From assembly GCA_029261035.1 (NCBI GenBank), contig JAJDCD010000012.1:6958-70957 (forward strand): a DNA stretch of 64,000 nt, in the 5' to 3' direction. Positions 37,401-44,466 of this stretch are shown piece by piece. This DNA comes from Candidatus Omnitrophota bacterium. GTDB lineage: Bacteria; Omnitrophota; Omnitrophia; Omnitrophales; JACROU01. Numbering within the stretch: position 1 is the first letter of the stretch; each line of letters opens with the position of its first letter. The notes beneath the pieces are model-generated. The model had not been told where the DNA came from. It worked only from the letters and a program-made list of their open reading frames with translations, and searched no databases. Position numbers and translations under genes: made by a program.

Positions 37401-39195
37401 GCCCCTCAACAGAAAGTTGAATTCCAACTCTGTTATTCCAGGAAGAAAATTGTTTTCCCCAAGGACTTTCGTTAAGCGTAGTCTGAAGCCCTAAAATATC
37501 CCCAGCTTCTATAACTCCGCTACCAACCAAAGCTCTTCTAGCAGAAATGATGAATTCAGGAGCAACACCACCAAAGTAATCAACACCTAAAGCAACCAAT
37601 GCTTCTACAGAAGTTCCTCCAAAGAAAGGTGTTTCAATTGTTGAGTCCTTTAAACCATGGCTACTTGTCTTAAGGAATGAATGAACGTAAGTTTCTTGCC
37701 CTTCAACAGAATCAATTTGAGGAGCAATTAAAGAATAGTTCGATTTGTCTTCATAATAATTCTTAAAAGATTCAGAGTGAAACCCCCCTGTAATAATGGC
37801 TACATTCTTAGCTCTTCTAGATTCAATTAAAGAAGTAGCTTTATCAAACATACCTGAATCACGCTGAATAGCACCTTCGTAAAATTGCACCGATTTCCCG
37901 AATAGAGCTTTCACTTCTTCTAAATTCTCAATTTGTGTTTTCTTGACACGAGACAATGTATTGATTTCATGAATAATTCGACTAGGGTCTAAAGTGTTTC
38001 CTTTAGACTTCAATGCCTTATAGTCTTTTGGTGTTAACTGTAGCTCAAATAACCGGCTCAATAGTTCAAAGTTTAAAATCAGTTCCAACACCCTCTTCTG
38101 TTCTTTAGACTCTGTTAATTTATCTAAGATCTGAGCATTTAACTTCTCAGATTCATTAAACAACCTATCTCCAACCAACTCATTTTTCAAAAGAAAGTTT
38201 CCAACAAAAAATGAAACATTAGGATATACATCAAAATTAAAATTTGCTGGCAATTTCCTAACCACAGATTCCATCAACAGCGCAAGAGCACCCTCAGCAT
38301 CAGAATCAACAGAGTTAAAAAATGCTTTCAACTGTTTGTGCTCTTTAGCAGAAACAGTTTTGCGTGCAAGTTTTAAAAAAGCATTTTTTTCTTTGTGAAA
38401 CTGTTCTAAATTAAATTGATCTTGAAACTTTTGGAGTTTAAAAACTCTAAAAAGCATTGGCCAATCCAATTGCTGACCCGGTTGATCAAAATCAATATTT
38501 AAGATTTGATTCGCTTGTTTTTTTAAATTTTCTAATCTCTGAATAAATGTGATTTTCTTCTGGTCAAAGTCTTTTTTGTTTTTTAAACTAAGTCGAATAT
38601 CTGCATTCAACAAAGAAGACTTGAGGCCTTCTACCTTAGCTTTTATATTGGATAAAAACAAACTCGTCTTCTCTCTTTGAGATAATACAGCTACAAAGTC
38701 TTTTGAGTTACTCATATAAGATGCTTCATCTTCTATACCATAAGCTTTAACTTTAGGATTATTCATTAAGAATAATTCTGCTCCCTTAAGATAAGCTTTG
38801 CGAGTTAAATCATCTGCAATTTGTGCGTTGATTTTTTTATCACGAACAAACTGAAGCAGTTCAGGTTCTAACTCCGAAACGGAGCCTTCTAAAAGAAGTA
38901 AGTCTATTTTTTTGTTTTGATTTAAATAATTAAGAATGGATTCTATATTTTTTTGGGCTTGATAATTACCATGAGCTGTTTGAATATGAAATACATTTGT
39001 TTCATGTATTTTGGGTGTTTGATGCTGAATAACACCAAGCTCACGAGGTAATGTAAAATTTGAATTGTTAAGTGATACGGATGAAACTGTATTTAATTGC
39101 GTTAAACCTTGCGAATATCCAGTCCCTGAGAAAATAAAAGTTAATGCAACGAACAAGTTTATTGCCTTTAATCTAGCGAAGTAATTAAGAAACAT
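28483..39195 (-). CDS. Giant 3570-aa multidomain protein: signal peptide + unknown N-domain + isocitrate lyase (long form) + malate synthase + PEP carboxykinase (GTP) + Glu/Leu/Phe/Val dehydrogenase-like + unknown C-domain
   Basis: One ORF with no stop over 10.7 kb in AT-rich DNA. RBS GGAG 9 nt before the ATG. Signal-peptide-like N-terminus. ICL: [139 protein letters not shown]. GDH-like: [31 protein letters not shown]. Confidence 0.8.
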   Translation of the reverse strand: [3570 protein letters not shown]

Positions 39196-39687
39196 ATGAT
39201 GAATCTCCTTTTCGAGGATTATTTTTTTGAAAGCAAAACAAGTTTGCTAGGGTATTTCTTTTGCTAAATTTAAATACATGTTTTGAAAGAACAAAACGAT
39301 AATTACGTTTTCCGCAATCCGTTGATTTTTTTCGAATTCATCCGTGAAGAGAGATCAAAATATAATAGAATTTCAGATAAAAGTCAATTTAATGTTGAAT
39401 GAAAAGAAAAAAAAATAATTAAAAAAGTAGTGTTAAAAACATTTAAGAATTTACTTTTCGATTCATTTCTCTCTTATTTTGAATATTGCTAAATTATTTA
39501 CATTAAAAAAATACTTATTAAATTTATTTATAATATTATTTATTAAGCTGATTTTAAAATACTTACATCATCCCCTATTATTTATAAGGAAGAAGTTCAA
39601 TAATTGATTGTAAAAATAGCATATCTATCATGAATATTAATTATAATAATAGAGGTAATTCAATATAGGATATATTTCTTAGGCAGG

Positions 39688-39726
39688 AATAAAAAAATAA
39701 GGGAGCAGTGCAATAACCGCTCCCTT
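39688..39726 (-). terminator. Rho-independent terminator downstream of dnaK
   Basis: Minus strand reads AAGGGAGC-ggttattgcact-GCTCCCTT followed by ATTTTTTTATT. Confidence 0.6.
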
Positions 39727-39746
39727 ACCTTAAGCATTACTTAATA

Positions 39747-41690
39747 CTATTTAGTTTCTTTATCTTTGTCTTTATCTTCGTCAACAACTTCGAAATCAGC
39801 ATCAACAACATCTTCTTTTTTTTCTTCTGGTTGTTCTTTGCTATCACCTGTTGCTTCCTGATTTTTAGCAGCTTCTTCTTGCTGTTTTTTAGCGGCTTCT
39901 TCATACATTCTCTGAGCCAACCCTTGAGAAGCTTGCCCTAACTTTTCAGAAGCTTTATCTAAAGTTTCTTTGTCTTCAGTTTTCAAAGCTTCTTTAGCTT
40001 TCTTAATGGCATCTTCAATACTCTTTTTCTCTTCGTCCGTTGCTTTGTCTCCACTTTCTTTCAAGGTTTTTTCAACAGAATAAACAAGAGTATCCAAGTT
40101 GTTACGTGATTGAATCAGTTCATGCTTTTTCTTATCTTCTTCTGCATGAGCTTCCGCTTCTTTCACTAGCTTTTCAACATCATCTTTAGACATTCCAGCA
40201 GAAGACTCAATACGAATTTTTTGTTCTTTTCCAGTAGCTAAATCTTTAGCGTGAACATGAACAATACCATTCGCATCAATATCAAACGTAACTTCGATCT
40301 GAGGAACACCTCTAGGAGCTGCTGGAACACCTACAAGATCAAACCGGCCTAGCGTTCTGTTATCCGTAGAGATTTCTCTTTCTCCTTGAAGAACATGAAT
40401 GCTTACAGCTGTTTGATTATCTGCAGCTGTAGAAAAAATTTCTGATTTTCTGATAGGAATAGTGCTATTTCTATCAATTAAGCGAGTCATAACACCCCCT
40501 AAGGTTTCAATACCCAAAGACAAAGGTGTAACATCCAACAAAAGAACGTCTTTAACGTCCCCTTGAAGAACTCCTGCTTGAATTGCAGCACCGATAGCAA
40601 CCACTTCATCCGGATTCACCCCTTGGTGAGGATCTTTTCCAAACAATTTTTTTACTCTTTCTTGAACAGCAGGCATACGACTTTGTCCGCCTACCAAAAT
40701 TACTTCATCAATCTCAGAGGCACTAAACCCTGAGTCTTTTAATGCTTTTTCACAAGGCGAAATAGAACGATCTACTAAATCACTTACTAATTGCTCTAAC
40801 TTTGAACGTGTAAGCGTCATTACTAAATGCTTTGGCCCAGATGCATCGGCTGTAATGAATGGAAGATTAATTTCTGTTTCCATAGAGGTTGAAAGTTCAC
40901 ACTTTGCTTTTTCAGAAGCTTCTTTTAAACGTTGAAGAGCTGTTTTGTCTTTAGACAAATCCACACCTTCTTGTTTTTTGAATTCTTCCATAATATGTTC
41001 TGTTACTGCATGGTCAAAGTCATCTCCACCTAGATGAGTATCTCCATTAGTTGCTTTTACTTCAAAAACCCCATCTCCAATTTCTAAAATAGAGATATCA
41101 AAAGTACCTCCGCCTAAATCGTAAACAGCAATTTTCTCATCCTTCTTCTTATCTAAACCATAAGCAAGAGAAGCCGCTGTTGGCTCATTAATAATACGAA
41201 GTACTTCTAAGCCAGCAATTTGCCCAGCATCTTTAGTTGCCTGTCTTTGACTGTCATTAAAATAAGCAGGAACAGTAATAACAGCTTGAGTAACAGGCTC
41301 ACCTAAATAAGCTTCTGCATCTTGTTTTATTTTTTGAAGTATGATGGCTGAAATTTCTTGAGGCGTTTGATCTTTACCATTAGCTTCAATAAGCACATCC
41401 GAATTTTTTCCTTCTTTTACTTTAAAAGGAACAAGCTCAGCTTCCCTACCAATTTCATTGAAATTTCTTCCAATAAATCTTTTGGCGCTAAAAATAGTAT
41501 TTTCAGAATTGGTTACCCCTTGTCTTTTTGCGGGCAAACCAACAAGTCTTTCCCCAGCTTTTGTAAAAGCAACAATAGAGGGCGTTGTTCTATTACCTTC
41601 TTTATTTGCAATAACCTTTGGTTCTCCACCTTCCATGATTGCAAAACATGAATTCGTTGTTCCTAAATCGATTCCGATAACTTTTCCCAT
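39747..41690 (-). CDS. dnaK: Chaperone DnaK (Hsp70)
   Basis: [18 protein letters not shown] and other canonical Hsp70 signatures. 647 aa. Confidence 0.95.
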   Translation of the reverse strand: MGKVIGIDLGTTNSCFAIMEGGEPKVIANKEGNRTTPSIVAFTKAGERLVGLPAKRQGVTNSENTIFSAKRFIGRNFNEIGREAELVPFKVKEGKNSDVLIEANGKDQTPQEISAIILQKIKQDAEAYLGEPVTQAVITVPAYFNDSQRQATKDAGQIAGLEVLRIINEPTAASLAYGLDKKKDEKIAVYDLGGGTFDISILEIGDGVFEVKATNGDTHLGGDDFDHAVTEHIMEEFKKQEGVDLSKDKTALQRLKEASEKAKCELSTSMETEINLPFITADASGPKHLVMTLTRSKLEQLVSDLVDRSISPCEKALKDSGFSASEIDEVILVGGQSRMPAVQERVKKLFGKDPHQGVNPDEVVAIGAAIQAGVLQGDVKDVLLLDVTPLSLGIETLGGVMTRLIDRNSTIPIRKSEIFSTAADNQTAVSIHVLQGEREISTDNRTLGRFDLVGVPAAPRGVPQIEVTFDIDANGIVHVHAKDLATGKEQKIRIESSAGMSKDDVEKLVKEAEAHAEEDKKKHELIQSRNNLDTLVYSVEKTLKESGDKATDEEKKSIEDAIKKAKEALKTEDKETLDKASEKLGQASQGLAQRMYEEAAKKQQEEAAKNQEATGDSKEQPEEKKEDVVDADFEVVDEDKDKDKETK

Positions 41691-41715
41691 GACATTTCTC
41701 CTTCTTTTGATTAAT

Positions 41716-41729
41716 AGCTAAATTTAGCT
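41716..41729. promoter_or_regulatory. Perfect 14-bp palindrome AGCTAAATTTAGCT upstream of dnaK (candidate operator)
   Basis: Located ~25-40 nt upstream of the dnaK start codon on the transcribed strand. It does not match the CIRCE consensus. Confidence 0.4.
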
Positions 41730-41859
41730 TACCCTATTACTATCAAGTAGCATGCCAAAGACCTATTCTCTGATAGTTTCTTTAACTTATTGATATATAA
41801 TCATTTAGGATTTTTTAGTATTTTGATTATTGAGTCAGAAGTGTAACCCTGTAACGGGA

Positions 41860-41878
41860 TGGCACAAATAGTGTGCCA
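41860..41878 (-). promoter_or_regulatory. TGGCACA-N5-TGTGCCA palindrome: sigma54-like -24/-12 element (minus strand TGGCACactatTTGTG) or hairpin terminator of the upstream TCS operon
   Basis: Same TGGCA(C/T)-N-CTATTTGT core as the pilin sigma54 promoter. Lies 22 bp downstream of the NtrC-type regulator stop and ~170 nt upstream of dnaK. On the plus strand it is followed by a T-run, so it could equally act as a terminator. Confidence 0.35.
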
Positions 41879-41899
41879 TTTTTAATAAAAATAGCTCTA

Positions 41900-43270
41900 C
41901 TACAGTTCGTATTCGTCAATTTTTCTATATAACGTTCTACGAGATATTCCTAATATCTTTGCGGCTTTAGATTTATTACCATCTGCCTCAACGAGTTTCT
42001 GACGAATCATTTCTTTTTCCATATCATGAATATTACCTTGGGTCCTGTTATCCCCAGAAAAAGCTAAACTATTATCAGAAGAAATGTTCTCTCCCCTTAT
42101 ATCATTTGGAAGATCAAATAGCTCTAAAACAGACTCATTAGCAAGAACGATCAATCTTTCTATTACATTTTTTAGTTCTCTAATATTACCAGGCCAATTA
42201 TAATGTTTCATTGCCTCTAAAGCATTATCTGCAATGCCTGTAATTGTCTTGTGATTGATCGCCGCAAAATGCTTAATGTAATGCTCGACCAACGGCTTTA
42301 TATCTTCTAGTCTTTCTCTTAAAGGAGGGGCTTCCAACAAAATAACATTAACCCTGTAAAATAAATCTTCTCGAAAAGTTCCTTTCCTTACCTCATCTAG
42401 AAGGTTTCTATTAGTAGCAGCAATAAGTCGGACATTAACCTTTATTGTTTTCGTACCTCCAACTCGTTCAAACTCTCCTTCTTGAAGCACCCGAAGAAGC
42501 TTTACCTGCATTGACTCTGGAATTTCCCCAATTTCATCCAAAAACAATGTTCCATTATGAGCTCTCTCAAATCTACCGATCTTTCTCTCTGTAGCTCCAG
42601 TAAAAGAACCTTTTTCATGTCCGAACAACTCACTTGCTAATAAGGTCTCTGTTAAAGATGCACAGTGGACTGCGATAAAAGAATTATCTTTTCTAGGACT
42701 CATATTATGGATTAAATGAGCAATCAGCTCTTTTCCTGTTCCGGTTTCACCTTGTATTAATACGGAGGAATCGGATTGAGCCACTTTTGTTGCCATATCA
42801 ATAGCTTCTTTCATCTTTTGAGATTCACTGATTACCTCAAAAGCTTCGTATTTATCTTTAATAATATCTTTTTTTAATTCCTTATTCTCCAATTCTAATT
42901 TTTGACTTGATAATGCTTTCTTAACCATAAACTCTAACTCATCTAAATTAACAGGTTTAGTCAGGTAGTGAAACGCCCCTGCCTTAATAGCTTTTACCGC
43001 ATTTTCTACAGAACCATAAGCAGTCAGTAATATTACCGGAATTTGAGCATCAAGGGCTTTAATTTGGTGAAGTAAGGACATCCCATCAACATCTGGCATT
43101 CTTATATCCGAGAGAACTACATTTGGAGCTTCGCTTTTTACTATGGCTAGAGCTTCTTCAGCTGAAGAAGCTAAAGAAATATCGTAGCCCAAAGAACCTA
43201 AGAATTTACCCAAACCTTCTCTCGTGTTCTTTTCATCATCAACAATTAAAATGGTTTCCCAATGCGACAT
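41900..43270 (-). CDS. Sigma54-dependent NtrC-family response regulator
   Basis: REC domain, AAA+ activator (GETGTGKE, GHEKGSFTGA) and Fis-type HTH (KAAKILGISRRTLYRKI). Confidence 0.85.
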   Translation of the reverse strand: MSHWETILIVDDEKNTREGLGKFLGSLGYDISLASSAEEALAIVKSEAPNVVLSDIRMPDVDGMSLLHQIKALDAQIPVILLTAYGSVENAVKAIKAGAFHYLTKPVNLDELEFMVKKALSSQKLELENKELKKDIIKDKYEAFEVISESQKMKEAIDMATKVAQSDSSVLIQGETGTGKELIAHLIHNMSPRKDNSFIAVHCASLTETLLASELFGHEKGSFTGATERKIGRFERAHNGTLFLDEIGEIPESMQVKLLRVLQEGEFERVGGTKTIKVNVRLIAATNRNLLDEVRKGTFREDLFYRVNVILLEAPPLRERLEDIKPLVEHYIKHFAAINHKTITGIADNALEAMKHYNWPGNIRELKNVIERLIVLANESVLELFDLPNDIRGENISSDNSLAFSGDNRTQGNIHDMEKEMIRQKLVEADGNKSKAAKILGISRRTLYRKIDEYEL

Positions 43271-43299
43271 TTCAAGCTCCTTTTTTACAAAATTCAGAA

Positions 43300-44466
43300 T
43301 TACTTATCATTGAAAGACAATTGCTTCTTCTCATTTCTCATAGGTAATAACAAAATGAATTCCGTTCCTTTATCATTCAAATTCTTAACCTCTATCTTTC
43401 CACCATGAAGAAGAACAACACTGTATACAATAGTCAAGCCTAACCCAGAACCTTCTTCCTTTGTTGTAAAGTATTCTTCAAAAATATGCTCAACCTTATC
43501 CTCCGATATTCCGACTCCAGAATCTGCGAAAGAAATAGAACAAACCTGATCCTTAAAACTTGTTTCAACAGATAAAGACCCTCCTTTAGGCATTGCTTCC
43601 ATCGCATTTTTTATAAGATTAACAGAAAGCTGATAAATTTTATTTCGATCAAATAAAAAGTCAGGAAGTTTTTTATCTAGTTTCAAACTAATCTTAATCT
43701 TCATTTCATTCAATTCGGGCTCAAAGAAACGAACAGCCTCTTCTATGGGTTCATTTATAGCTCCTAACTCAAAGTCCGCAGGCGTTTGCCGTGTTGTCTT
43801 TAGAAAATTTTTAATTATTTGATCCATTCTAGAAGTCTCCTCCAACAAAACCTGTATGGACTGGTTAAATTCATTTTGATCTTTCTCAGGAAGGGTTTCT
43901 GATTTTTGAGAAAGAAGCTTTAAATGAATTAAAATAGAATTAAGAGGATTTCCAAGTTCATGAGCAATTCCTTGCGATAGCTTAACTAGGGATGAGATTC
44001 TTTCTAACTGTCCTAACTCCTTATCTTTTATTCGAATGGATGTAATATCCATAAGAACAAATAGAAAATAATCCACATTGCCTTCATTATTATAAAAAGG
44101 TTTTATGCTTAATATCAGAAAACGAGGCTTTGGATAAAACACTTCCTTTTCTTCACTCAATATCCCATCTTGTTTATCCATTTTATCTTCAGCCCAATGA
44201 AGCAAATCTGCATCAAAAATCATTTCTGAGAGGACTGTACTCTTATTAGGGTCAAATGAGACCCCTAAAGTACTTTGCGCAATTTTATTTGCCCATAAAA
44301 TCTTTTGATTGGGTTCTACAGCCATAAGACCTATAGGCAAATCCACCAATAATTCCTTTAGATCTTGTCTCTCTTCTTCAATCTGTAGGATATATTTCTG
44401 AACCGCTTCTTTGTCTATCTTTTCTAAACGTTCTAATAATTTATTTGTAAATAATGATTTAGACAT
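43300..44466 (-). CDS. Cytoplasmic PAS-domain sensor histidine kinase (NtrB/AtoS-like)
   Basis: N-terminal PAS domain, HisKA (GIAHELGNPLN), HATPase_c (GSGLGLTIVYSVV). No obvious TM. Confidence 0.75.
   Translation of the reverse strand: MSKSLFTNKLLERLEKIDKEAVQKYILQIEEERQDLKELLVDLPIGLMAVEPNQKILWANKIAQSTLGVSFDPNKSTVLSEMIFDADLLHWAEDKMDKQDGILSEEKEVFYPKPRFLILSIKPFYNNEGNVDYFLFVLMDITSIRIKDKELGQLERISSLVKLSQGIAHELGNPLNSILIHLKLLSQKSETLPEKDQNEFNQSIQVLLEETSRMDQIIKNFLKTTRQTPADFELGAINEPIEEAVRFFEPELNEMKIKISLKLDKKLPDFLFDRNKIYQLSVNLIKNAMEAMPKGGSLSVETSFKDQVCSISFADSGVGISEDKVEHIFEEYFTTKEEGSGLGLTIVYSVVLLHGGKIEVKNLNDKGTEFILLLPMRNEKKQLSFNDK

Noticed and set aside
31516-37494. Plus-strand ORFs of 66-131 aa inside the giant gene (31516..31911, 33776..34000, 34321..34551, 37294..37494)
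   Set aside because: They are antisense to a strongly supported coding region with clear enzyme-domain signatures. These are Cys/Phe-rich chance frames.
28483-39195. Possibility that the giant ORF is really four adjacent enzyme genes (aceA, aceB, pckG, gdh)
   Set aside because: There are no in-frame stops anywhere across 10.7 kb of AT-rich sequence. Linkers continue in frame between the domains, and a single RBS/ATG and signal peptide sits at the 5' end. Separate genes would each need a stop codon. Only a sequencing or assembly error could reconcile this, and that is listed as a check.
41716-41729. CIRCE/HrcA operator upstream of dnaK
   Set aside because: The palindrome AGCTAAATTTAGCT lacks the 9-bp spacer and the TTAGCACTC/GAGTGCTAA arms of CIRCE. 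It is reported only as a generic candidate operator.
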